DNA of 63,758 nt, filler included, from Bigelowiella natans CCMP2755 (GCA_000320545.1; 6 parts of 6 records of this genome joined end to end with filler, not necessarily neighbours in it); one strand, 5' to 3'. Positions 24,413 to 42,163 are shown, numbered from the whole stretch's first letter. Translations and numbers: made by a program. The notes: generated by a model not told the origin, from the letters alone.

Positions 24413-26085
24413 ATGAAAATGCTCTTATCCCAAAAGGTTCGCACAGTTTTGTACGTAGCTGCAGTGGTGAGTTTGATATCCTTGCTGTCGAACAACGGGA
24501 CCACGACAAATAAACCCATTCCTCCCTCCTCCTCCTCCTCCTCATCATCATCACCACCACCGCCGCCACTAACAGCAACCTCGTCTTTCTCCGGAAAATC
24601 GCCCCCTGAACCTTCAACAGAAAAAAAAACCACGTTGAGCCAATCGGAATTGCAAACGAAAATGCCGCAGGTTGTCTGTGGAGCGTGCTTTCCCTAATGA
24701 GCGACGTGAATTAGAATCATCATGCAATAGCAACCTGGTTCTTATGCAGTTTCTACTTGTGCCGCATTGCCTTTGATGGTGATGAGTTCCCCCCCCCGAC
24801 TTAATCAATTTGGATTTGAAAAACAACCTCCAGGTCGTTCCTCCTGTAGCAAAACGAAGGAAGACACTCGTCTTCAAACGCTCATTCGGCTCTCTTGAAG
24901 CAGCCACGTATGCTATACGCGTTGGAGACGAGCTTCTCGTTTCTGAGAATAACCATGTCACGCGCATTTCGAGAGAAACGGGTCGAAAATTGGGCCCCAT
25001 CCCTATCTCAGACCCCAGCGTTGCGTTTGAGAACCCGACCGGCCTCGCACAGTATAAGTCGTCGCGGCGTGCAGAAGATATGCTGCTCGTCGGTGAACAA
25101 GGTTGACTGTAGCTATTATGCCAGCTTTGCCCCCCCCCTCCCCCCTTTCCATCCCCTCTTCCCGCCTCCCTTGGCCGAAAGCGGGATCTGCTACCATAAG
25201 CCGCACACCCAAATGCTTTTTTGCGCTTCGTTCACATGGACTCCGTATAATACGTGGGCAGGTGGCAAGGGCCTCAAGAAGATCCGGCTCCGCGACATGA
25301 AAGTCGTAGGTGTTACCGGACAAGTGGGGGTCCCGGGTACTGGAGAGTCCGCGGCGATTGACAGCGCTCTCGGCGTCGCTCATGGGAACGGGATGGTGTT
25401 TGTTGCCGACGTCACAGCATACCGGGTCACTGCTCGCAAGGCTAATTTCAGACAACGACGACGACGACAAGGGGGAGGGGGAGGGGGAGGACGCGGGAGA
25501 AGGGGAGGGGGGAAGCTGATCTGGACCTTCTCCCAAGACGACATTGGCCCCGAGCTCAAAGCGAAGATCCGCTGCGAGACTAAAGCCTTTGATTTGAGAA
25601 CGGGTTATGATGGCCCGGCTTGCTTCAACCCCCACGATATTGCTTTCTCGCCAAGCGGAGGAGGAGGAGGAGGAGGAGGAGGAGGAGGGCGCTTATTCGT
25701 AGCTGATGCCGACAACGGGATGATTCTCGTGCTTGATGCGACCAACGGCTCACTCGTACAGACAATACGCACGGTGGGGGGGCGGCCTTTCAAGACCCCG
25801 CGTGGAGTGTCGATTGTGGAGGCACCAGCCATGTCCTCGCCTCTGCTAATAGTAGCAGAGCTGCAACGTCTGCTTTTGTTGGACCTCCAGGGCGATCTAA
25901 AGAGCGAAATAGCCGTCCCGGGATCTGAAGCCATGCTCGGCATCACCAACGACGACCAGGCCGATGCTGTCTACGTGGGAGATCCTGGGGCCAATAAAGT
26001 GCATGTCTTCGAATGGAGCGAGGAGGGCAGCGACGTCAATGAAACTACCGCCGATGATGATGATCATGGTGAGGATGATGCATGA
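24413..26085 (+). CDS. NHL-repeat beta-propeller protein with N-terminal signal or anchor and acidic C-tail; multi-exon
   Basis: FENPTGLA, SALGVAHGNGMVFVAD, FNPHDIAF..LFVADADN, FKTPRGVSI, VYVGDPGANKVHVF; hydrophobic leader VRTVLYVAAVVSLISLL. Confidence 0.72.
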
Positions 26086-27165
26086 TCATGTTGAGATGAA
26101 GACGACAGTAATATATTAGATATTACATGTCTCTCATCGTAAATAGCGATGAACCTTGTCCTTCGATTCGGTATGGTTTTATTGGTTTTTTATCGCGGGG
26201 CCCAACATTTAATATTTTCTTCTCAAGTGGATGATGGTGGCGGTGGTAAAGCGAATTGTAGCAATTTAGTCTCCATGTTCCAAGTTAATCATGGAGTGCA
26301 CATGTTTCGTTGTTTCGCGAAATGGTCGCCTACGAATGCCAGATCTGAAGAAGAATAAGCGAACATAGATCTCACTGGATGTGAGCATGAACGCAACTTA
26401 CAACTTAAGACAAGAATCGTCTTTATTATGAAAAATCACACATACTGTTTCATGCAGGGATGGGGGGCATTGGATATGCATGCCAAACAAAATTGTTGCT
26501 GTGCTTACGGTGTGATCAAAATACAAAGGAATGCTACATGAGCGCTGCAGCCGCTGCTCGGTCTGTATGTGTAACGTCTAGAGCCGATAATGCAAAATAC
26601 TGCATGATATGTACGCAACATGATGAAACGATCGCATCTTTCAATGATAATTACATATCATTGTAATCTGCAGGTCTATAGTGCAACCAAGTGGATGATC
26701 AAATCGTTGGATGCCTTGCTCATTTTTCGGGTTCTTTGATGTTAAGCTTGTTCGTTAAATGTAAAAATCTATTGCTGATAATGTTTCTGTGGATATAGAA
26801 TTGATGCGCTGCTCCTGTTTAATAGTGTAGAGCTTGTCATGCATGACGCTGCAGCAATACAGCAGCTTTATTGCCGCAGCAGGTGTTTGTTAGTCGTTCG
26901 CATGTTGGGACAAGGATGCACCTCCTCATTTCAGTAGAATGTAACAGTAATTTTATACATTGAAAAGTTGGGAATGTGTCATAGGTGCACAAATAGCTTA
27001 TATTGAAAAAAATTAATTTATTCATTACATCCGTCTCATACGACACGCATGTAATATGTCGTTTGTTTTATGTATTTTTTTTGCGCTCGTAATAGCTAAG
27101 CAGCAGGGCGGCTCGGGCTCAGGCATTTGCATAGCTTAATCTTTCCGAGCCTGTAGAAAGCAACT

Positions 27166-27412
27166 TCAGCTACTTCCAATCGATGAAGAAGAGTTTTCTT
27201 CCACGCTTTTCTGCTTCGCAACGATCTCCTGCACGATCCACACATGTAAGAAAGCAGATATCAGGAAAAGAAAGGGGGCCTCGGAATGGGGGGGCAAAAA
27301 AATGACCTAATCAATTACGTCATATAATATGCGTGCACATGTCCGTATTAGGTTGACGATTGAAAAATCTTGGATGATTCATCACATCCGTCTCATATAT
27401 ATATACATATAT

Positions 27413-27459
<47 letters not shown>

Positions 27460-28035
27460 CCTCCAAACGGCAATGAAAACCGACCGTGAACTTCTCCCCG
27501 CTGATTCCTGACGTCATCAAGCTCTTAAAGGCCGCAAACATATCATCCGAAAACTGGGTCCCCTGCGTCGAGAAACGACGATGGGTGGTTGCGGGGAGGG
27601 AGCGAAGAGAAGGATTATAAAACGGAGTTTATGCATTGAGCGGCTATTCGCGCATTCGCCAGTTGATAAACTACCTCGAGAGCGTCCATCATGCGGCTGT
27701 ACGTGTTCTCATTGCGCTGCATACCTTCGCAGAAGCCATACAAAACGTCGTGTCAGATTTGGTGCTGGTGGATGGAGCGACGGGGCACGATTCCAATCAG
27801 CGTTGGTGCCCACATCACCGCGAAAAACCAGTTTTGCAATGAATACCATCAACACCACCACCACCACCACCACCACCTCCTCACCGTAGTCGATGATCTC
27901 ATCAAAGAGCTCGATCGCCTTGGAGGGGTTCTTAGCCTGAGGGTGATCACGAGCAACCATGGCGATGACGGAAATACATTGTGTCTCTTCAGCTGAATGC
28001 TCCACGATTGTGTACACACACACACACACACACAC

Positions 28036-28074
<39 letters not shown>

Positions 28075-28086
28075 ATTATAATTATA

Positions 28087-28148
<62 letters not shown>

Positions 28149-28286
28149 ACGTTTCCCGCAGCACAGATGAGATTGTTGAACGTGTCCACGTCGGGCTCAA
28201 CTCTGCGAAGAGAGAAAACAAGATACGCCGTACTCAGCCAAAACGAAAAACCTCAATACCGCATAAGCGCAGGTATCCATTAATGC

Positions 28287-28325
<39 letters not shown>

Positions 28326-28407
28326 ATACACACACGCGCGCGCGCGCGCGCACGCATGTATTCTCGAAAAGAGAGAGAGAGGGAGAAAGAGAAAGAGAAA
28401 GAGAAAC

Positions 28408-28440
<33 letters not shown>

Positions 28441-29157
28441 AGGCAGGGACGATTGATTTTTGGTCGCCGTGCAACGGCTCACTTTCGAGCCTTCATATCC
28501 GCGACGAACGACTCCGCAAGTTCCAACTACCAATAGGCCGAAGCACACAGCACATTAAAAATGGCAGATGTGCATGTACAAACCCGCCACCAATGGAAGG
28601 GCAGCTCGACGAACAAGCACACACACGCACACACACGCAACACACACAACACAGCACCATGCCGCTGCCGCAAGCACCAGCACACGCGCAGCGCCACAGA
28701 AGCAGTACCACCACACGCTCAAACACACAAGAGACCTGGCCTCCCATTCCAACGGCGTAGATAACCGTATTGTACAGCTTCGTGTCAGGCACCGCGCTAT
28801 CACCTGTGAGAGAGATCCCAACAACGGCCAACAAGCGAGAGATTAAAAATCAGTAGGAAAGGCAAAACTGTCTCCATACAACATCTTGACCGCATTCACA
28901 AAAACTCCAAATCCAATCACCGCCCCCCCCCCGGGGGGGGGGGGGGGGAAGTCGGAGGGAGGAAAGTGATGCTGTGCGAGGGGCGAGGGGGCGCGTGAGC
29001 AGCACACACCGGAGATGAGGTCGCGGAAGAGGTCTGCTGCCGTGTACCTGACAACGACGAAGACAAGGATGTGATAGTATTTGATGAAATGAGTGTGCGT
29101 GCGTGTGTGTGTGTGTGTGTGTGTGTGTCTGTGTGTCTGTGTAATCGAGAGAATGAC

Positions 29158-29198
<41 letters not shown>

Positions 29199-30270
29199 NN
29201 NNNNNNNNNNNNNNNNNNNNNNNNNNNNNNNNNNNNNNNNNNTTAATTAATTAANNNNNNNNNNNNNNNNNNNNNNNNNNNNNNNNNNNNNNNNNNNNCC
29301 CCCCCTCTCTCATGAAGATTGATACAGCATCGTTGATGGCGCATTCCGCTGAGGTTGCGGCCTCGCACGTGGGAATCCCGGGGATTTCGAATGTCAAGAA
29401 GGACAACAAGGACGGATCCAACGGTGGTGGAGTTAGAGGAGAGCTTACTAGAGCTTAGGAGGGATAGCGGGGGGGGGAGAGGGGGTTGCTGCAATTGTTG
29501 CGCAAATCCTCCTTTGTCATGGCAGTCTGCTCGGTGTGTCATTGGGGTTGGAGTAATCGTAGTTTTGACACGTCCTCTTCCTCGTTCTGTATGCCTTCTT
29601 TCCCTCCCCAAATGTTGATGACGACGGTCCGTCTCAGGTGGGGGCGATGGTGGTGCAACGACCGACAGCACGAAAGAGAAGGAAAGTGCTAGCGGTATGT
29701 ATACCCAGTGTCATAGTTGTGCACGTAGTTTATATTTTATATGAGAAGTCTATCCAGTACTGTACAGCATAAACCTCTTGTAACAAAGAATTCCTGAAAA
29801 TGCAATTTCACACTCCCATTGCGGACCCCTCTCCCCCCCTCCCCCACATAGACCCAACAGCTGCCAAGTCGTCTTTTCTAGATATGGGAAAGGCAGGAGA
29901 GCGCAATGGCAATGCGACATTGTCATCGTCATCATCGTCATCATCATCGTCATCGTTGACGACGACGAAGCAAGCCCAAAACTCCAGCGAGTACGTGATG
30001 AACGAACACGATGATTAAGAAAGACAACATAAAAAGAGATGACATGCATTTATGGCCATTTACTCGCAAAAGAGTGTTATGCTGATGTATTAGACGGATG
30101 TAATGAAAGGTTATGCTGATGTATATACACATTGTTATGCTCGTAGGTCAACTTTGCAACAACAGCAGCAACAGCAAGCCAAGGCTGAAACTACTTCGTC
30201 TCACTCGCTCCCCCCGGCCCCTCGAAGGATGCTCCAGTAGAACGAGGTTATTGATGAAGATGGCGGTGTG
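27166..30270 (-). CDS. Pentatricopeptide-repeat (PPR) protein; fragmented, spans a gap
   Basis: Exons read VPDTKLYNTVIYAVGMGGQ, VEPDVDTFNNLICAAGN..AKNPSKAIELFDEIID, GMQRNENTYSRMMDAL; linkage across the 29.2 kb gap and the 5' end are uncertain. Confidence 0.6.
29199..29298. other. Artificial contig linker N44-TTAATTAATTAA-N44
   Basis: Same 100-nt structure occurs five times; the 12-mer has stops in all six frames. Confidence 0.97.
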
Positions 30271-30974
30271 CTGATAATGCGGATCAATAGATCGCACTGA
30301 TCACTCTTGAGGGGACATGCGGAGTGCTGCATGTGTGCATCTTGCCAGAAGTTGACACATGTGTGAGTTTATTCGATCAGCATGCCACAGTCCAAATTAT
30401 AAAATAAGCGTTTCATGCCCCGCATGCGCCCATGCATGGTGACCAATATCTCTGCTAGCCTGGCGCGCAGAAGTTGCGCTGTGTCTATGTGATCAGAAAT
30501 TTGATACCACAGCATGCATCGCGGCATGCGATGCGTGTCGTGCTTGTCCGTATGACAGATTGCTCCAATTGTTGGCCTTCATTCGGGGCGCTATGCCAGC
30601 ATGCATGCTGTTCAAATAAGCCTAAAATTGAAAATGTCTCCATACGGATGACTGACCATTGAACAAATTTAATTGATTAATCACATCCGTCATACATCAC
30701 GTCACGAACACACATGGGTTAGGCTCGCGAGTCGTATTCGCTGTGGTTGTAGACCACTAGCGACATTGCAGCTCGCTTTCGATCGATAGCCATGTTCATA
30801 CACATAGATATTATCATTGTTCTTGTTAATAAGCTGGAATTTCTATTTTTCGCACAACTCTATAAAACTTTATGATCTCGTCTTCATTACCTAACATCCT
30901 GTCGATGCTGTGCTCGTCGTGTTCTGAGAAACATTCACTGCTAATAAATTTTGGATACATGAATATCCATATGA

Positions 30975-31417
30975 TCAAGCCATTAATCCTCGTACTGACG
31001 CGATGACGTCATCCTTATGGATTTTTAGCGTTCTCTCGGCAGCTTCCTGCGACATTTCCATCTCTTTTACCAGGAATTGTACGTTTTGCTCTGAAATCTT
31101 TACTTTTGCCAATTCCCGTTCCCTGACACAGAAAAACAAAATATTAAAACCCTTATAGTCCGCTTCTATTTGGTTTCGTTACCTTTGACGACGAGCCTCG
31201 ACTTCTTTCCGGTGACCATCCTGTATGCTACTTAACGCCTGAATGAAAGTGTTCGCTTTGTCAGTCTCCATTTTTCTTCGGTTCGAAAACAGTAGAACAA
31301 TTATTCAACCTTTTGTGCCTTTGCCTGGTCCACTCCCTCCTCCTCGACGTACTTATCGACCTCGGCGAGCTGCGATGCCTCGCGCGCTGCGGCCTTATCA
31401 GCATTCTTGGCCTCCAT
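30975..31417 (-). CDS. HYPK: Huntingtin-interacting protein K (NatA regulator), 3 exons; absent from the ORF track
   Basis: MEAKNADKAAAREASQLAEVDKYVEEEGVDQAKAQK|ALSSIQDGHRKEVEARRQR|ERELAKVKISEQNVQFLVKEMEMSQEAAERTLKIHKDDVIASVRGLMA*, with clean GT-AG introns and a UBA-like C-terminus. Confidence 0.85.
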
Positions 31418-32137
31418 TGCCAACTACGTGCGAAAAAAATGAGATATGGGAAAATCAAAATGTCGGTCTTATCCGCGATATTTTAATTTATCGGGGTTTC
31501 GGAGATTATTAGCGCAGGGCGGGATTCCTGAAAATCGAACGAAATGCAGACAGATTTGTGGGTGATTCGACGCACACGAGGTTCTTATCTGGGGAAATTC
31601 AGATTTATCAGATGAAAGGTTGGATGAGAAATACCTTATTTTTGTAGATTATAAGACTTAGGACCTGGTCGTACATCAACAGTACATAACTATATAGATT
31701 TTATTGATAAATTTGTACGAATTCCTACAGCTGCAGAAATGGCCGTACGGGGAGAATTTTGAACCCAGAAAAGGCATAACAGAATTTAATATTATGATTA
31801 ACGTCTTACTAATATGAATAACGACAATAAAATTTTGTGGTCGTAACTTTTTAATTATCACCTTTCGGGTTTTTGCTGGTGCGGATACGCGAGGCGCTGA
31901 GTCTGAAGCACATACACCTGCCCCCTCCCACTACATCTTCGGCTTGCCCCGAACAAGGTCCCCAAAACCTACCTCTTAATGTTGTTGATTAGAGAATACG
32001 GTGGGTATGGGTTTGATGGTGTTCAAAAACTTCCCTGCCACAAAGACCCGGGGAAAAAAACTCATTATTGGCAAATACAGCTGAATGCGAGCAGCATCAT
32101 GTTCGCAGAGATGCTAGAAAGCTTTCTATTCACCATC

Positions 32138-32254
32138 GCGTGTGATTGATTCGACTGGCCTTCTCAACATAACTGTGTTCTTTGGGTTTATGAGAAAGGC
32201 CAAACTTTTTTAATAGAGAGCGAAATTATGCTGTTTCTAAATCTGAACTCACGT
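32138..32254 (+). ncRNA. Candidate structured RNA (box C/D-like) just upstream of NOP58
   Basis: Terminal stem GCGTG/CACGT, imperfect C-like GTGATTGA, two hairpins, D-box CTGA, then a CAG acceptor at about 32270. Confidence 0.25.
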
Positions 32255-32300
32255 AATTGCATGCTACCAGGTCAAACCACACGACTTTCTCGCGGGAGAG

Positions 32301-34311
32301 ATGCTAGTTCTCTTCGAGGCCGCGGCAGGCTATGCGCTCTTTAAATTGAGCGACAAAGGCGCGCTCAAGAATGTTGACAACCTGAAAAAACAATTCGAGA
32401 CGCCTGAAGCTGCATCCAAGATGTAACTTAATAGCTAGCTGCCTCATCACCACTTTCGACATTAACTCCAATCACCTGCCTGCATCATCCCTCAAGTAAC
32501 ATTGTGTCGTAGAACTGAACGTTTTTTCGTCTGTCAGGGTGAAGTTGAAGGCCTTCAAGAAATTCAAGGACACGACGAAGGCTCTGAAAGCAGCTGCTGC
32601 CATCTGCGAGGGCAAGCTCGACAAGAACCTTGAGAAGTTTCTACAAAAGAAGGGACCGAAGGAGGGGAAGGGGAAGCTGGCTGTGATGGATAGCAAGCTG
32701 GGGAATCTTATTAAGAAGAAATTAGGAATCCAGTGCCTCTACAACGACTCGGTGATCGATCTGATGCGCGGGATCCGACAACAAATGGACAGTCTGCTGA
32801 ATCTCCCCGCAGCAGAGAAGATGGCGTTCCAGCTAGGTCTCTCGCACAGCCTCGCGCGGTTCAAGTTAAAGTTTAGCCCGGACAAGGTCGACACGATGAT
32901 CATCCAGGCGATAGGTACATGCACTAGAAGTAACAGTAGTGATAGTAATTGTACTCGTCGTAGCCACCGTCGTCCTTCAATATCGTCGTGGGGAGTCACG
33001 AGGGTTGTCAGAGTGCTAGCAAGCTCTAGCTGCCTACCGCTGCCACCTATTAGATTTCACCTTTCTGGTCCCCCCCCCTCTCTCTCTCTCTGCGTATTGC
33101 AACCATCCCTCCCCATTTACTCCATCTTCTCGGGGACACCTTTCATCGAAAATGAATACCCAACACCACCCTTCTCTCATATCCGTAATATCCCCATTAG
33201 CTCTCTCTCCCTCTCTCTCCCTCTCTCCTTCCTTCCATATAAAAACATATTTCAAAACTCATCGCCGTCCGCCCCCCCCCCCCCGTATTCTCCTTCAGCG
33301 CTCCTGGACGAGCTAGACAAGGAGCTGAACACGTACGCCATGCGCGTGCGGGAGTGGTACGGGTGGCACTTCCCGGAGATGGTGAAAGTCGTCACAGACA
33401 ACCTCATGTACGCGAAGTCGGTCAAGGCCATGGGCGTGCGCACCAACGCCAAGAACATCGACTTCTCCGACATCCTGCCCGAGGAGGTGGAGAAGGAGCT
33501 CAAGGAGACCGCCGAGATCTCCATGGGCACGGAGATCGCGGAGGAGGATATCATGAACATCCAGCAGCTGTGCATCCAGGTGATCAACCTGACGGAGTAC
33601 CGGGCGCAGCTCTTCGACTACCTGAAGAACCGCATGAACGCCATCGCACCGAACCTCTCCCACATGGTCGGGGAGCTCGTCGGCGCGCGGCTCATCGCGC
33701 ACGCAGGCAGCCTCATCAGCCTGGCCAAGTCGCCGGCCTCCACCGTGCAGATCCTCGGCGCGGAGAAGGCGCTCTTCCGCGCGCTCAAGACGAAGCACGA
33801 GACGCCCAAGTACGGTCTGATCTACCACGCGTCGCTCGTCGGCCAGGCCGCGCCCAAGCACAAAGGAAAGATCTCGCGTATGCTGGCAGCGAAGACCGCG
33901 CTGGCGACCAGAACGGACGCCCTCGGCGACGCGGAGGGGGTTACCGTGGGACTGGAAGGAAGGGAGAAGGTCGAGGAGAGGCTGAGGCAGCTTGAGGGGG
34001 GGCAGCTGCGGCAGATAAGCGGCACGGGAAAGTCGAACGTTACACAGAAGAAGTACGCGAAGCCGGAGACCGCGGGGCAGACGTACAACCCGGCGGCTGA
34101 CATGACCACCACAGCCGCGAAGAAAAGGCCGCGCGACGAGGAGGACGAGAAGGAGGCGGCGACGAAGAAGAAGAAGGCGAAGAAGGAGAAGGGGGAGAAG
34201 AAGAAGAAGGTGAAGAAGGAGAACGGCGAGAAGAAAAAGAAGAAGAAGAAAAAGGACAAGGACGGAGATGAGAAACCCAAGAAGAAAAAGAAAGCTAAGA
34301 AAGAGAAGTAA
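32301..34311 (+). CDS. NOP58: Nucleolar protein 58 (box C/D snoRNP), 3 coding exons
   Basis: MLVLFEAAAGYALFK, LKFSPDKVDTMIIQAI, LDKELNTYAMRVREWYGWHFPE, ALKTKHETPKYGLIYHAS, KKE/D tail; introns about 32423-32538 and 32915-33298. Confidence 0.95.
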
Positions 34312-35029
34312 AATAATAACAATAATGAATGCTGTTCCTATGAGCTAGCTAGCTTCCGTTGTAGTTAGGTTGTGGATTGTCGCAGTCGAAGAAGAAGAAG
34401 AACAAGAAGAAGCAAACAGCAGTGTAGATAGAACCCCATTTTAGTCGTATTACTAGTTCGGCGAGAGAGATGAAAAAAATAGGGACACAGCGAATTCACA
34501 ATGCTGAGAAGACGCATCACCCTGTGTTCATTTATGGTTTCGCTCATGCAAGTGACAAATAAGCACGGTAATTGCAAATTGTCCACAAGCTGCAAGAAAA
34601 AACAGACGAACCATGCATGCTTTGAGTTACGATGTCACAATGCGTCACGTTAGTCATTGCGCCTGCTCCGCTTCACGATGCCTAGCTAGTGTTAGCTAGC
34701 TAGGCCCGATTAGCCGGTTTGTGCACATCGTTACGCAGTCCGGCGCGGAGATGTGCAGTGCACTTCTTCAGCAAGCATCGTGCAATGCTCGATTTGCATT
34801 TGAACATTTGAAGCGGCCGCGTCGCATCCGCCTGCATGCATTGTCATGGATGGCCAGTCGAATATGCGTAATCGAAACATGCATGTGCACGTGTAGCTAC
34901 GCTTTGATCATCGCAAACCCGCATGTTTATTTCCATCTTCGCGACGGCTTTGGTTCATTCACACTCTGTGGTTACAGTTGCGCATGTGACAGAATGTGCT
35001 GAGTCATGCCGCTAGGGCTTTTTCTTGCC

Positions 35030-37381
35030 CTAAGGAGCAGTCTTAGTTCCTGCACCAGCAACGTCGGCCATCGATTTGATTTTGAGGTCTGATCCTTGAG
35101 TGATGCTGAGCTCAGCAAGGTCAACATCTCCACAGCATGTCTGTACAAGGAGCCGAGTCACAATGTATGGGCAGCAATTGGCTGCTGGTCTACGATCTTC
35201 AAAGTAGCCGCAGCCTTTCTTGTGAGTTTCAGTGGGAATCCGAATGCTTGAGCCGCGATCTGCGATTCCAAAGCTAAACTGCTCCATTGACGCAGTTTCA
35301 TGTTTCCCCGTCAGCCTAATCATGGATATTAGTGTTGGGTATGTGCTTGCTTGATGCAACACGTATCAGCTGCGAAGGATACTCAGTGTTACCTCTCTTC
35401 ATTTCCCTCTCCATAGGCTGAGATGTGCTTTTTGTGCGTCATCTCCAATTTGATAAGCATCTTCTTTATTATCTGAATAATTGAAAAGAAATTCGTATTT
35501 TTATGTCAATCGGATATGAAAGTTCAGAGGAGGATGGGGATTGGAGATTGATTATTTTGCTACTGACTTCCGCTCCGCTGTCTTTCGATCGCGTTCCCTT
35601 CGTTGAGAAGTTCGCATGACACCCAGCACCGTTCCAATCTCCTTTCATTGGCTTCGGAGCGAAGCTGATATTGATGTTGTAGAATTCGGAGCATCGATAC
35701 AACAAGTATCTAATACGTAAAACAACGAACATATGCATCATCATGCAAGGTTGTCCGATCTCCGTGGCAAAGGATGTAAGCAGGGGGAGTCTTTTCAAAC
35801 CTTGCAAACCACAAATCATCTCCCATCCGGATACCTTCGCACGGGCCTACCTGTACAAGGGGGATGATAATAAATGGAAGGAAGAAGAATCATATTCCTC
35901 TCTTCACACCTTTGCATCTAAAGAGAGCAAAGCGGGTAAGACAAATAGTAGAAGACAGATAGAGTGAGGAGAATAGAGAGACCTGGAACTCCCATTGTGA
36001 CGGCATAACCTCGGCATTTATGCCTGAGATCTTGACCCCAGCGTACAAGCAGCAACGAAGATGCGCCTCTGCAAGCTCCCGGCCTTTAGCATTTCCAGTA
36101 CCGACCTAGTTTATCACTCTGATTAGATATTGGTTACGTCGTATGTACAGCTTGTATCACACTAATATTAGAGAAGTACCCCGCAGTAATATTGTCCCTG
36201 AGATTGAGCAAATCCAGTCTTTGGGAAACCCAGAGGTTTCGTCTGGTAAGGTTTATCGTGGAACATGGTGTATTCTTGCTCAAGACCGAACCAGGGCTCA
36301 TGAGTCTAGTAGAAGTAGAAGTAGTAGTAGTAGTAGTAGTAGCATCGTCACATAAATGATTAATTGCTTTCATGTGCATGGGGATTAATGATTAAATTGG
36401 CAATGAAGAGATATACTTTGAATTTTTCCATCGCTTCCATACAGGCTGCTCTGTGGTTTGTAGGCAGTGGGATTCCCAGAGAGTCATATGCATCACAAAG
36501 GACAATGACATTATCTCCTTTCCTGAAAGGGTCTCTATAGATACGACGAGGTCGAATCATTACCTATTCAAAATGAGTATGAATGATATGTTACATCTGC
36601 GTCTGGTTTCAGCTGCTAGCGCTAACTGCAAAACTAATCGATTATTCTTTGGCGTGTTACTCAGAAATGTTTGCATGACATGAAGCTGAACTCGAAAATC
36701 ACCACCTCAGAATTATTTCCTGGGGCTTGGCCGGTGCTGGATCCATCGTAGTTCCATTCTGGGAGCTTTTTAACATCTTCGGTTCCTGGCTTTACCTTGA
36801 AATCCAGCGTGCGAGATTTGGATCTGTACCCCCCCGAAATGATGATATCTTCATTTTGACAAAATATTGATGATAGTGAATATATGTTTACCGAAGATCC
36901 CAGAGAGATCCTCCTAGCCAGATATACTCTGCAATTATCTACATAGAAGAAAGAGGCCTAGAGTGTCACTTTAGCATGGCGTAGGACATATACAAATGAC
37001 GAACCTTTCCATTAAGCTCTTGAGGAGCAATCATTACGTTTCCCATGGCCTTTTTTTTCTTCTGAAACGATTAGAGGGGAAATTACCACGAATATCACGA
37101 ATCAGAAACGATCAGGATAAGCGATCGTTGTAAAACCTACGTCTTGAACGTATTTCTGTCCTGGTGGAACATAAGCTTCCCCATTTTTGCTGGGCGAATC
37201 TCCATTCTCACGAGGAGGAGCACGGCTTACGGACTTGCTGCCCGAGTTCGTTGTGGAATTGCAAGCTCCCTATTGTCATTTAGTATCAATTTATTGTATC
37301 TTTCGAATAAGTTTTTCCGAGGACATTCTGTGCTGTCCTAACTAGCGAAAGGGATGGGAGGGGGGGGGAGCCTCGTACCAT
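35030..37381 (-). CDS. GLN1: Glutamine synthetase type II, copy 1 (leader M|GACNSTT.., long C-tail)
   Basis: [94 protein letters not shown]; ATG-only first exon at 37379-37381. Confidence 0.93.
35131..37146. repeat. Left arm of ~2 kb inverted repeat (GS core including introns)
   Basis: Near-identical reverse complement of 44118-46161. Confidence 0.95.
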
Positions 37382-37713
37382 GGCCAAAGATTGTGTGGAA
37401 GAGAGCGCTTCCGGAAGAAGCTGCAGGCAAAATCCCCTACGTTTTCACAAGAAATGACGAAAATCGGTTGTCTTTCGGGTGAGTTTGGAGATGTCTTCGC
37501 CCGTTTCTTACTTAGTGTTGCTGCATTGCGCAAGATGTTGCGGATTTCCGTGGAAATTGAAAGTGATTTGGATACCCCTCCCAGTGTTCGCCCTGCGTTT
37601 TTAGAATCCTTGAAACGAACCGCTATTTATCCCTGCGACATGCTCGGGTTCGCCGAATTTAGTAGGGAAGGAAACTTCAAGCAGCTGTGTTGGAAAGAGG
37701 GCAAGGGCGAAAC

Positions 37714-42163
<4,450 letters not shown>

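Noticed and set aside
29243-29254. TTAATTAATTAA repeated five times, read as a regulatory or transposon-target motif
   Set aside because: Always centred in 44+44 Ns; it is an artificial six-frame-stop contig spacer
33313-34322. Long antisense and alternative-frame ORFs over NOP58
   Set aside because: Shadow ORFs caused by extreme GC3 and the KKE-tail repeats
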